Positions 1 to 12,045 of a stretch of 57,216 nucleotides of DNA are shown one piece after another. The notes beneath the pieces were generated by a model, which ran no database searches, had not been told where the DNA came from, and saw only the letters and a program-made list of their open reading frames with translations. Both the position numbers and the translations under genes were made by a program. Position 1 is the first letter of the stretch, and every line of letters starts with the position of its first letter. The DNA is from Folioceros fuciformis (taxonomy: Eukaryota): NCBI GenBank assembly GCA_049999805.1, contig JBNGIO010006248.1, positions 137,304 to 194,519 of the forward strand, given 5' to 3'.

Positions 1-89
1 AAGAATGACATCAAAGAATGATGACAATATATATTTAGTACTTTAAGCTACTATTAGTTCCTAGTTTTTAAGATAGAAAATTATTTAAG

Positions 90-563
90 ATGAAAATCAT
101 AACACAACTTATATATGTAACAACTTGCATATTTTGTTTGAGTATGACTGCATCACAACCTGAATGGTGGAAAATAAGAACTGAACTTGGATGTTCCATA
201 AAACAATTTGATCCAAGTGATCTATCTCATGTACAAGTGTTTACGTTAGTGCGATTACTAGTTGAACAAGCCATCGAAAATGAACCAAGACGAGCTATAA
301 TAGATCCTATCCCAGATGTTATGCACTTCATGGGCGAGGCTGAATGCACTGGCTGGGATCTTAACCCACCTCCAGTAGAAGAGATTTCTATCATAGGTAC
401 CTTTTTGTCAAAGGAGGATTGTAGACTATGCTTGAATTTCCTTGTGTCCAAGATCCATGTTCGATGCCCTATGAGTATAAGTGTTATAAGCTCAAGTCGT
501 GGTTGTAAACTAGCATATGCCTATAATAAAGACTATAATGTTTGTCCTGCACCACCTTTCTAA
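90..563 (+). CDS. Small secreted cysteine-rich protein, divergent single Gnk2/DUF26 (stress-antifungal) domain
   Basis: 157-aa intronless ORF with hydrophobic N-terminus (MKIITQLIYVTTCIFCLSMTA). GEAEC...LSKEDCRLCL...RCPMSISVISSSRGCKLAY follows the Gnk2 pattern GxAQC...LSxxDCxxCL...CPxxxGAxxxxxxCxLRY. Confidence 0.6.
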   Translation: MKIITQLIYVTTCIFCLSMTASQPEWWKIRTELGCSIKQFDPSDLSHVQVFTLVRLLVEQAIENEPRRAIIDPIPDVMHFMGEAECTGWDLNPPPVEEISIIGTFLSKEDCRLCLNFLVSKIHVRCPMSISVISSSRGCKLAYAYNKDYNVCPAPPF

Positions 564-990
564 TGTAATTTAGTCTCTGTATTGTTGGATTAACTAAATC
601 TATGTAATATTTTATTATCTGTTCCCTAAATATGGAATAATGTACACATAGTTTCAAACATTGAGATACGTTAGTATTATTTTCTTTGAACTTAGTCGAT
701 GTGATTTGTGTATATCTTATATTATTTTTGAATCAGCATAAGTATAACATGCAAGCTTCTTAGTACTTGCAAGATAAGAAATGTGTGATACTTTTTATTT
801 ATCAGAATAGTAGAGATTATTGTCTTATGTTTAGCACTTTTTTTTACAAAAAAATTTTTTTATGGAAAAACTCGTCTACCAGAAAAAGAGGGGAAATGAA
901 AAGAAAACGATTTCAATTCATGTCAATTTGACCAGGCTACTTTTCTAGCCCTCGGGACCACCACGTAGCTTTGGTATTCTCAAGCTCAAA

Positions 991-1758
991 TTGAGTAGAG
1001 ATTGAGCTTTTCATTAACCTCTAGTCTCAAATTTTTTTTTTCTTGTTGGCAGGGACTGAGCATGAGCTACATATGTTGTTAAAATGAGGGTTTAGGGCTT
1101 AGGCTTAAAACCCTAAACCCTGGTATCATTGAAACCACATTAATCGTTGAAAGATAGCCCCCTGATTAAGAAGAGAAACTCCTTTCAGCAAGGTACTATG
1201 GTGCTTGAGTAGGGATTGGGCTTTTCATTGACCTCAAGTCTCGATTTTTTTTTTTTTTTCCTCTCATTGGCAAGGATTGAGAATGAGTTGCATATGCTGT
1301 CAAAATGAGGGTTTAGGATTAAAACCCTAAACTCTAAACCCTAAACCCTAAACCCTGGTATATGCAAGTTGTCCATATCAATTATGAACCGAGCCTTTTT
1401 GGAACTATTGATCCATGAAAAAAATGGGGACCGAGGCTCATGACCGGACATTTCTTCGACCTTGCGTCTTGTAATCAATTGCTGGAATGAAGACCGGTCT
1501 TTCTGTGGTCAAAATGACACCTTGGTCTCAATAGTTAAGGGGAATGAAGGTGTGCTGAGATATATTTTTGGATCTTGCCTAATGTGGATCTCTTCGCTGC
1601 CCAACCTAGAGGGTCAAGGATTACATGACGTGCTCACAAACTAAGTTCCATATGGACTTTGTTATAAACCACATTAATCGTTGAAAGCTAGCCCCCTGAT
1701 TAAGAAGAGGTTAGCTCGACGAGAAACTCCTTTGAGCAAGGTATTAAGGTGCTTGAGC
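991..1758. repeat. Interleaved degenerate direct repeats with telomere-like (CCCTAAA)n tracts; probable transposon remnant
   Basis: 991-1126 resembles 1205-1360 (ttgagtag.gattg..cttttcatt.acct ... aaaatgagggtttagg ... aaaccctggtat). 1132-1209 resembles 1666-1758 (aaaccacattaatcgttgaaag.tagccccctgattaagaagag). CCCTAAA units at about 1324-1353. Confidence 0.7.
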
Positions 1759-2719
1759 ATCGAGCTAGATGCATAAATTAGTTGTCCACGAGGCACCCTG
1801 AAGGCACATGTTGAAAGAGAGCATGCTTCAAGTAGTAAAGTAAATAAAATTGCTAATGTGATTAGGAAAGCTTGACTACATGGCTGTATATATGCCAAAA
1901 GCCTGGTAGCTACACCTTTTCAAAAGCCTATCTAGTTTGAAAATGTAAAATTAAAGGGTTTGGCAAGAAGAGGTGTGAAATGTTGCTCGTCATTTTTGAC
2001 TACCCTAGAAAAGATAGTCTTTCAATGCAACCATTGCTCTATGGATTGTTTAGGTTCCTATTGTGGCTTCTCTCCCTCTCTAGGAGTAGATGAGTTTTTC
2101 CATCTTGTTCTTCTAAAATAAATAAGTTTTTGATTTTTTTTATTAAATGATTATTGGGATGGTTTTTGAAATCTATATTGGTGTAAGTTTCACCTTTTTT
2201 AAAGATTTTTGTTTTTGCTTTTTTTGAAAAAAATAAAATTGATATGAAATAGACATTGTATCAATATAATATCAGCAGGTTTACGAGTTATAGCAATCGA
2301 GAAAATCTCCAGGAAATTCCTTGAAAAGGCGATTAATCCAATCAGGACATTCTCGATATTCCAGCCAAAACTGAAGTGACTTCATGTTCCAAGACTTGGT
2401 TTCTGATTTAACACTATTTATGTTTTTTTCTAACTGGAGGGAGACCAATCAGGACAGCTCCCATGAAAGCTCGCCTGATCGGTCGGAATTAGGCGGGGTC
2501 GACTGTATTTCCTCGCACGTGCGGGAACGGCATATAGAGGACGTACAGGAGCTGGCTTTTCACTGTAGTGTAAGCTTGAGCCTTCTGCTACTCAGGCCTG
2601 GGCCTGGGGTGCGACGGATTGTGGAGCGTGGAGTCCGGGAAGTCGATGAGCGTCTCAAAATTCGTGAGATGCATGCGGGCGGGGTATGGTAGAAGCTAGG
2701 GTTGTGTGACGGGGCAGAG

Positions 2720-5700
2720 ATGGAGGACGCGGATGGCGCTCTCAATTTTGATTTCGAGGGAGGCTTGGAGAACGTGGCCTTGGCCGGGGGTGCAGGGCTC
2801 GGTGGAGCTTCGGGGCCGACGCCTCCTCTGGCAGCGTTGCCTGGAAGCGGAGGGCATAATGGAGGAGCGGGGCCGTTCGCCGGGAGCTTGTTAGCGGGCT
2901 CCAAGACCTCGCAGGGCCGAAAGAACTACAGGCAGACGGTGTGCCGGCACTGGCTCAGGGGACTGTGTATGAAGGGAGATGCGTGCGGGTTTCTTCACCA
3001 GTACGATAAATCGCGCATGCCGGTATGCCGGTTTTTCGCTAAGTTCGGCGAGTGTCGTGAGGCTGACTGCATCTACAAACACACTAATGAGGACATCAAG
3101 GAATGCAACATGTAGGCCTGCTCTAACTTTTATCATGCCTCAAGTGGCCATTTTGTTGTTCTGCTCCAGCCGGTAGCATGCCACAGTTGGTAGGTAGGGT
3201 TGGAGTCTTGGTTCGTTCCCTGCAACGGTGTGGGAGCTAGAGTAGGCAGCGGAGACACGGTGGAGTACGGTGTCTTGTCTTGGACAGAGTGTCTCGTGTC
3301 GGGGGTAGTGCAGTTGTGCGTTTTTGTTTTGTATGTTGTACCTAAGCCGTGGAGCACTCATAGTATCTCTATGTAAGTCAGGATCTGTATAACCTGGGAC
3401 AAGCTGAGCTTTCTGTGTAGCTGTCTGATCCAAGACTATGTTGATAGGTACAAGTTGGGTTTCTGCCCGAATGGGCCTGGTTGCCGATACCGACACCAGA
3501 AGCTACAGGGGCCCTTTCCTGCAATCGAGCAAGTGCTTCAGAAGCTCCAGCACCGAGTTTATGCGCCTAATGGTGGTCACCACGGCAAGCAGCAGCAAAG
3601 ACAGAATCAGAACCATGGACACCCAGATGGTTCTTCCTGGCAGCATCCTCCTGCGCCTGCGAACTTGGGAGCAGGCGGGGAGGACTCTCAGACCCAGCCA
3701 CAGCAGCAAAAGGGGCAGCAACGCTCAGATCAACCATCTGCTGTTCACCTAGCTCAGCCTGGTATGCATCTGATATCGGCCAATGGTGTGCAACAACCTA
3801 AAGTGGAGTCCATCTCAGCTCCAATTCCTCCAGGCTACTCTAGGTTGGTTCTTGCGTTCTAGCGCCTGCAACATTCTGGGATTTGTGAAAATGGTTTGCC
3901 CGTTTTTGTCATGTTTGTGGGCAAAAACTGACAGAACTTGATCAAATGCTTGGAACTTACTGTGTCTTTTGGCTTTGCAGGTTCTTCATAGTGAAGAGTA
4001 GCAACCGCGACAATCTCGTTTTGTCGGTTGAGAGAGGCTTGTGGGCAACGCACAGGAACAATGAATCAAAGCTGAATGAAGCTTATGATTCATGTGAAAA
4101 TGTCATCCTTATTTTCTCTGTCAACGAGACACGCCACTTTCAGGTTGGTGATGTTGGTGATCATGTTGTTGGGAATCTCCACAGACAGTTACTTGTTTCT
4201 AATACTGTTTTCTATTGTAACAGGGTTGTGCTCGGATGATGTCAAAGATTGGTGGGATTGTAGGAGGAGGCGGTTGGAAGTCTGCTCACGGGACTGCGCA
4301 TTATGGTCGAAATTTTCGCCTGAAATGGCTGAAGGTACTTGGTGGTCTTTGCCATCAGTGCTCGTGCTGTTGCCTTTTGATGGCACTCAAATCGTAGTGG
4401 GCAGGCGGTCTCAGGTTGTTGAGTGCTGGAATTGATGATCATTTGTGGTGCCTGCAGTTATGTGAGCTCTCATTTAACAAGACTCTCCTCCTTCGAAATT
4501 CTTACAACGAGAATCTTCCTGTCAAGGTTTGTGGTGGCACTTTTTAGTTCCATTTGCACTATTGAGAGTGAGCGTGTAGCGGACTAAAGGTCATGGATGT
4601 TTCCCTTGTGACTAGATAAGCAGAGATTGCCAGGAGTTGGAACCTACTGTCGGAGCGCAGCTGTCGTCTCTTCTGTATTTGGAGCCCGACAGTGAGTTGA
4701 TGGTAAGTTGATTCACATGGATTTTGAATGAGCATGCATGTGAGAAGTCAGCTCACTGCTGCAGATAGTCTTGAGTGGTTTTGCATGTCTGAAATGAAAG
4801 GTCTTTTTGATGCTTGCAGGCTGTAGCTAGGAACTGTGAAAAGAAAGCAGAAGAAAAACTTTTAGGTGGGCAGAATACAAATGAGGAATTGGAGGATCCG
4901 ACAAATATTGTGCCTTTTGAGGACAACGAAGATGTTCAAGAGGACAATGACAGCGAGGAAGATGCTTCCAGTTTGGGTGTGGGCATGGGGAACGGGAGGG
5001 GTAGACCTATGATGCGGGGGCCCAATCAGATGTGGCTACCCAATGGACCAGGACTCGATGTTATGGATCGTGGTAGAGGTCTAGGAGCAAGGCCGCCTAT
5101 GGGCTTCAGGCCTCATCCGGACATGGGTGTCGACGGGTTTCGTATGAATTGGATGAACAGGGAAGGTCCTGGGATGCTTCCTGGAGAGATGTTTGGCGGT
5201 CCTCCTCCTCCTTTCCACGGTCCTGACGGTCCAGGGTTTGGACCCATGGATGGCATGGGCCCTGTGGCTGGTCCCTACTTTCCTGTGCAGCATCATTCTG
5301 GGGGAATGTTTCCTCCTGGTGGCCCAAAGGTGATGGGTCCTCCTCCTCATATGATGGGGGTTGGGGGTCCACATCCGGGAATGATGAATCCTGGTCCTGG
5401 CGGGTCATATTACGGCCATGGCCCTATGCTCAGACCAAATCGTCCAATGGGGTTGCAATTCCCTCCACCATATCCAATTGGGGGCCCCAAACTAGGGGGC
5501 CCTAGGGGTACTGAAGATCAGCGGCCTCCGAAGAGGCCTAACGCAGCCGATAGAACTGGTGTTCCTGGGAAGAACGCACCCTCATCCTCTCAAAGGAGAA
5601 GCTCTGAATCATCCGACCACGGTGAGTATGATGGGCAGGATGGTGGCGATCAGATGACTTACGGCAGTAAATTTTACGCAGGCGACGATGATGACAGTGA

Positions 5701-5845
5701 GAGCGAAGACGAAGCTCCTCGCAGATCCAGGCATGGCGAAGGGAAGAAGAGAAGGCGGGACTGGGATGAATGGGAGAGTGCTGGAGCCACTGCCTGGGAT
5801 CACGCGGGGGATGCTGCAAATGATCTCCGCGTAGCAGCAGAGTAA
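2720..5845 (+). CDS. CPSF30: Cleavage and polyadenylation specificity factor 30, long form (3 CCCH zinc fingers + YTH domain), 7 exons
   Basis: MEDADGALNFDFEGGL start. CCCH fingers RQTVCRHWLRGLCMKGDACGFLHQYD / MPVCRFF...CREADCIYKH / KECNMYKLGFCPNGPGCRYRH. YTH segment RFFIVKSSNRDNL...GLWATHRNNESKLNEAYDS. C-terminal DDSESEDEAPRRSRHGEGKK. Approximate exons 2720-3111, 3448-3843, 3981-4143, 4224-4334, 4458-4526, 4616-4702, 4820-5845, with GT-AG introns. Confidence 0.96.
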
Positions 5846-6322
5846 AAATTTTTACTGCCTCCTCGGGTATCATTTTCCAGCAGACGCTCGTGAGCTGATG
5901 CTAGGTTAGCACATTTGCTGTCTAGCAAGCTGCCCTTGCCTCACGGCCGTCTCGTCATGAGCGAGTGCTTGCTCCGTTTCTTTCCCCCCGTTTGTGGTTT
6001 CACTGTACTCTCGTAGAGGCTGCCCCCCTGTTTTGCCTCTGAATTAGAAAGCTTATTAGTGCAGAAGATTTCTCCCTGTACCAAAAGTGCAGGAAGCTTG
6101 TCACTTGTGAAGTCTGGAGCTTTTGGCACCAGAGAGTAGTTTCACTTCGGAGTTCCTCCGGGATTCAAAGCAATCGCCCGATGTTGTAACTCTGTCCGAC
6201 CACTGAAATCGGCCTCGCTTGTCCCGGCAGAGGGAATATACTTCGGTGTTACTTGTTTTCACGTTCCACTTCAAAGGCCTGTCGTATCCTATCCACGCTC
6301 AATTCAGCAGCTGGTGAACGCG

Positions 6323-8061
6323 ATGGCTGTGGCGGGGATGCGAGCCGCCGTGCCGCGCTGCGCTCCCGCCGCTGCACGGGCAGTGTCCAGGCACACGGAG
6401 TCATGCAGCATTCCAGGCGGCGTGCGCTGCTGCTTGGGTGCATGGAAGGGCCAGGCTCTGCGGCAGGGGAGATCGGCTGCAGCTGCGCCCGCCAGGGTCC
6501 TGCACGCCTGGCGAGCATTACAGCGCCCTGACTTCTGCGTGCGTGAGAACGGGCAGCCGGAGACGCTCGATTACCGTGTCTTCTTCTCGGCCAAGTCCGG
6601 TAAAACTGTGAGATGCTCTACCTGGCACCTCGGTGGTCGTCTGTGCTGAGCTGCTCTCGATTGGCATCCCGGTAGATCAGTCTGAGCTCGTGTTCGCAGA
6701 CTGGTGTGTGTTGTGAAGTGAGGTGAGGTGATTGCGTTGCTTGCGTTATTGTCACTTTGGTGGAGTGTGGACTGGACCGGCAGTGCGTCCGATCCGTTGT
6801 AGACGTCACTGGATCGTTGGACGAAATGGCGCGGTTGTGGAGAATTCTGTCAAATCCTGAATTTGCGCCTCTCTGTCTGTCCCCGTCTGCTGACAGTCCT
6901 TGTCGGCGTTTGCAGTTTGTTTGTTGTGTGAGCACTGTTAGGGTTCATTTTCGGTGTCAGGCAGATGAGGCTTGGATACCTGCTTGCAGATTTCCCCTTG
7001 GCATGATATTCCTCTCCATGCCGGAGATGGCCTGTTTCACTTCGTAGTCGAGATTCCGAAGGAGACAAGTGCCAAAATGGAGGTGGCTACGGAGGAAGCT
7101 AACACTCCTATCAAGCAGGACACAAAGAAGGGCAAGCTCCGCTTCTATCCGTACGTGCTTTTCTACGGTATTCTTCTGTGGTTCTCGGTTGTGGTACTTG
7201 CTTAGCTCCGCGTTCGCATTCCATGGGATGTCAGGCGAAATGGTGATTGATGGTCAAGCCTGTAATTCTTTCCTGTCATTTACAGGTACAACATAAATTG
7301 GAACTATGGGTTGCTTCCACAGACTTGGGAGGATCCTACGCATGCAAACTCTGAAGTGGAAGGAGCTTTTGGGGATAACGATCCAGGTAGGTAGTATACG
7401 CTGTGGAGCTATAGTGTCACGGTCCCGTATACATTTATGGTTTTGACCGTTGAAGTCAGTCACTATCTTACGTTTGAGCTCTCGACTATGGTGGGAAGCA
7501 GTTAGTAAAGTTTGTCTTCTGCAGTGGACGTTGTGGAGATTGGGGAGAGGCAAGCGAAGATAGGCGACGTGTTGAAGGTTAAGCCTTTAGCCGTCCTGGC
7601 TATGATAGACGAGGGCGAGTTGGATTGGAAAATTGTAGCGATATCTGTGGACGATCCAAAGGCCTCTCTTGTCAACGACATAGAAAGCGTAGAGAAACAT
7701 TTTCCGGTAAATATTTAATGTTTCATTACCTTTTCATCTTGTCATTTGGTTGTGCTCGTGATCGGAGCTGATGTTGATTTCTGTTGCCAGGGAACACTAA
7801 CAGCCATCAGGGACTGGTTCAGAGACTACAAAATCCCCGATGGGAAGCCGGCCAACAAGTTCGGCCTCGGAAACAAAGCCGCAGATAAGGTGAGTTTTAT
7901 TATAAGCCCTTGCTTGCTTGACATATCCGACTTTTCTGGATTCTAAACCCCGTGCGATTCTCTTACAGGAATATGCGCTGAAGGTGATAGCCGAGACAAA
8001 TGAATCTTGGGCCAAACTCGTGAAGAGATCAGTGCCTGCCGGCGAGCTGTCTTTGATCTAG
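6323..8061 (+). CDS. PPA6: Soluble inorganic pyrophosphatase, plastid type (PPa6-like), 6 exons
   Basis: Ala/Arg-rich transit-peptide-like N-terminus, then [92 protein letters not shown]. Ends at TAG 8059-8061. Confidence 0.95.
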
Positions 8062-8552
8062 CCAGCTGTGAGCTCCAAGCGCTGAATGTGCATGTAGAAA
8101 GTTCGGCTTATTCATTGACCTCGCTAGCGGGGAATGGTCTTCAAAATCTGAGTCGTTTCGGTGTGATGAATGAATGGAATCCCATCTGTGTCCCACCACG
8201 GGTGACGGCGGATTGGACAGTAGTACTGCTCCCGACAACCTTTCTTGTGGCTGGCTTGACTTCGGTTGACTAGGTTCATCTCTCGGGATTGTCACACACT
8301 CTAAAAAAACGTTTCTCTTGCAGTGCAGAATTACGGGATGTTTACCCCTGAACCACTTGAAACTTGAAACCTGGAAGTTTGAATACTACATTAATATTTC
8401 AGGTTATATACTGCGAGAGGAATCCACCGCTGGGGCCAGGGAGCTTTGCCGTTTAACAACCTTGTTATGTTAATACACAAGCAGAGGTGCGGTGATCCAA
8501 GACTGAAGGAAGCTCCAGCCGAGACGCTGAGACTCTCCGGCGCGAGCTCGGT

Positions 8553-9089
8553 ATGGCCATACTAATCCCCTGCGCCGTGTTGTGCCTGCTGTCATTTGCA
8601 AATGCCCAAGTTCCAGAAGACCCGGGCGCATCCAGGAGGCCGCCGGTGCCCTACACTGTGTATGAATCAGGAATGAGTCCGGGCGACAAGATGCAGCCCA
8701 ACGACATCCTCAGAGTGGGAGCGTACTTGCTCAGTAGCGCTTCCAACTTCAAATTTGCAATGCAAGACGACTGCAACGCGGTGATATATAGGTGCTTCAA
8801 GGACGCAACGTCGGGCCTGGTAACGGTCGGTGAGGCAATCTGGAGCACGGGCACCAATGGCAGAGGGGGCGACTGCATTTTCCGGCTGCTCGGTCGCGGC
8901 CAGGTGTGTGTTTTGAAAGGCATGGCGAACAGCAAGGTGCTGTGGCACAGCAGCGACTACTACTTCAACGATCCTCTGCCGCGCTTCTTCCTCCAATTAC
9001 AGGACGACGGGAATTTGATGGTTCTCTATGAGACCGAATTCGATCCCGCTCCTTACACAGCTCTGTGGGCTTCCGGTTCTGTCGCTTAA
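8553..9089 (+). CDS. Secreted bulb-type (GNA-related, B-lectin) mannose-binding lectin-like protein
   Basis: Signal peptide. QDDCNAVIY matches the QxDxNxVxY site and QDDGNLMVLY is a variant of it. IWSTGT, LWHS and LWAS repeats are present. Intronless. Confidence 0.85.
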   Translation: MAILIPCAVLCLLSFANAQVPEDPGASRRPPVPYTVYESGMSPGDKMQPNDILRVGAYLLSSASNFKFAMQDDCNAVIYRCFKDATSGLVTVGEAIWSTGTNGRGGDCIFRLLGRGQVCVLKGMANSKVLWHSSDYYFNDPLPRFFLQLQDDGNLMVLYETEFDPAPYTALWASGSVA

Positions 9090-10206
9090 CGGGATTTCTT
9101 GGTCGGTGGTTTACAATCCATCGCGCAAAGCGACTCACTAAGCCGAATATGCAGTAGTACCGAATGGGAATCGCTAGGACAAGTACAACATCTTTATATC
9201 CGAAAGGGGGAGACATTCTGGATGCAAAGAATTTAATTGAGGATCAATTCCGCAGCGTGTAAGGTTTAAAACTCAAAAGAGATATACAATACTAGATTAA
9301 AAGATATCTAATAACTTATCTAGTTTAAAGCTAAGATACTCTGCTAAGAATTAACAAGCTCATTATAATTTAGCTCTATCTTAAATACAAGGGCATGGTA
9401 TTTTTACTTACCGATGTATATATCAAAAGAATGAAATCTTTCAAATAAAATGAAAGATCAAATTGATTTAGGGTTTAGGGTTGAATTCTTTAAAAAAATA
9501 ACTTAAAATTTCAGAAATACTATATACTTGACTTTATCGTTCTTAAGATTAGGGATGCTTGTTAATAACGTAGAGGAAGATGTAGATATAAGTAACTGTA
9601 AATTAATAATCACTTCAATCCACACAAGCAGCCTATCTTAAAAGTTTGCACCCAAGAACCTTATTGTTGAACTAAAATAAAGATTTCAATTTTATTATAT
9701 AAAACATCTAATGATATAAAAAATATTTATAAGATTTAGGGTATATTTATATATTATTTTAAATAAGTGATCATAATATATAGTTTTATATGAGCGCCTG
9801 GTACTCTTGTGTGAAAGGAACCGTGAGATGCTAGCGCTTTATTGTAAAATAATATAAATTTGAGCACGACTTGTTGCATGTATCCAAAAACCATATTGTA
9901 GACAACTGGATTCCTTAGCTGGTTCCTTCAACGTGGACTGTTGACTAGCGGGGTGATGCACTTCCAAAGATGGCGCGTCCGACCAAAACTCTTGTACCAG
10001 GGAGTGTCAGCAATCGTATGCCCCAGGAGCATGCAATGACAACCCCAGTGTTGCGCTGCCATCTTCACCAGCATGCCGCCTTTCTCTCATTGTGCCCATG
10101 GACATCGGCTCCCAAGCTCGACCCCTGCCCAACAATTCCCTCCTGCTTCAACTGCCGCCCCTGCACTATGCGAGCTGCTCAGAATTGGGGCGGGGGGCGG
10201 GCTTAG

Positions 10207-11562
10207 ATGATGTTTGCAGATAGGAGAGGGGCCAGGAGGAAGGAGAGTTCAGGAATGAAATTCCACAGACCACCATGTGCCATTGGACACTGTCGACATC
10301 CTCTGGACTACGTGACTGGCGTGTTGGTGGTGCTAGGCTGCGTACCTTTCATTCTGGGGAATGTGGTGATCGTTGTGAATCGGAAGTACTCGCCCATCAA
10401 GACCAAAGCTGTAGACCTGACTGTGATGAGCTCTGTGGGAGGGCTTATCTGGCTGGGAGCAACCATCGTGGTGAATGGTCACTTGGGCCGAGCCAAGGGA
10501 AGCATCTTCGCTGTGTGTCCGCTGTGGACTTTCTGGCTGCAGGCCTGTTTTGGGTTTGCGTTATGGCTGAACTGTATGACGGTGCGGCTCTTCAATTTGC
10601 ATCTCATCTTCATCAGGAAGGTGCAGACACTCAGAAGATGGAAGCACATCATTCTGCCCCTGATGTTGTTGCTGGCTCCGGTTATTGGCTTTTCGACTGC
10701 TGCCACTGTTTTCCAAGGAAGCAAGTGAGTAAGTGAGTGATGGACAGCTAGCAGCTTGGGACGTCATTGAAAGCTGGTGTGGTGCTGCACCTGGGTGGAT
10801 GTGGATGGATGGCTCGTTTGTCGTCTTCGTGGCTGATCGAATTCCGGTGGTGCCTCCAGATTTGAGAAGAAAGCGCATGATTGCAAAATACAGACATGGT
10901 TTTGGTCCTTCAGTCTTCTTGTGTTGTTTCCGCTCTATTTCTGTATCTTCCTTGGCCTTGCGTTCTCCCTGAGGAACATCATGGCACACTACAACGAGTT
11001 CAGGTGACGTTAGTAACTTCGCGTCATCTCATCCATCAAGCTCCCGCAGCACCTGGTGTTGAACATCTCCCTGGTGGTGGTGCAGGCTGATCCGCAACGG
11101 AGGGGTTATGTCTCTGTTTCTGTTTCAGCTATCACTTGTCACGATCCAAACGGAAGGCTACAAGAAACCTGGAGGCAGATGCTTCTTGTCCCTGGTTGTC
11201 GCTGGAGCAGTCTTCTACTACTTCTGGGCACGCAATGGTTGTGTGATCTACAATGTTCTCTTCCACAAAGAGCAGTACCTGAAAAGCTTCATAGAGAAGC
11301 TGCAGGCATGCACTGATACCGGCAACACAATGTTAGTATTCTCCTCACACTTGGGTTGCGTGTGTTCCTTCCACCAATCTTCCTTCCTTGCGCTCATGTC
11401 CACATACTTTCCTGGCACAGAGACTTCTACCCTGATGCCTACCCAAACATGGAGCTGCTACTGCAACAGTCCAGAGAAGAGGCTGCCGCGCATAAGATGC
11501 AAATTAAGGAGCTGGAAGAGAGGATAGCAGTCTTAGAAGCAAGGTTGTCCATGAGCGTCTGA
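10207..11562 (+). CDS. 7-transmembrane protein resembling the RGS1 membrane domain, with a short C-terminal coiled coil and no RGS box, 4 exons
   Basis: Exons 10207-10724, 10860-11003, 11086-11331 and 11421-11562 splice in frame (349 aa; alternative ATG at 10255). Motifs PCAIGHCRHPLDYV, CPLWTFWLQACFGFALWLNCMTVRLFNLHLIFIRK and DCKIQTWFW...LRNIMAHYNEFR parallel the plant RGS1 7TM region as recalled. Confidence 0.75.
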
Positions 11563-12045
11563 GCCAGTCATTAGCGGAGCAATGAGCTCAACAGAGATGA
11601 GAGTCCACACGTTGAAAGTGTTCAAAATTAATGAAGTTTGATAAGCAACTTCCTCCAATTCGATTACACGAAGTTGCAACAAGACGAGTAGCTACGACCT
11701 CAGTGGGGAAAACGGCAACACTTACAAGCCTTGACGCGAACCATAATCACGTCTCAGACTCATGCTCTTGATAAAGCGCATAACCAAACGACTGAGTCCT
11801 CAACTACCAGTTGCCATTAGCTATGGACAGGAAGAGTCTCGCGACTGCTTGGAGGCGTGGACAGCTGTTCGCCATTCAGCAGAAGCATCCAGTCATCTGA
11901 ACTCTGGTGCAGATCCGGGTACCAAAGCCACGAGGAGAAGATGAGAGCTCTGTGCGCACATTCCCATTTGACCTAACAGAGGCGCACATTGCAACTCCAA
12001 AAAGCATCGCACAAAAAGCCTACTTCACCACGGCAGTCAAGTGCT

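Noticed and set aside
1324-1353. Possible telomere
   Set aside because: Only a few degenerate CCCTAAA units, internal to the window; similar tracts recur at about 43850 and 47600.
2384-5873. Many alternative-frame and antisense ORFs over CPSF30 and other genes
   Set aside because: These are shadows of GC-rich coding exons with no independent support.
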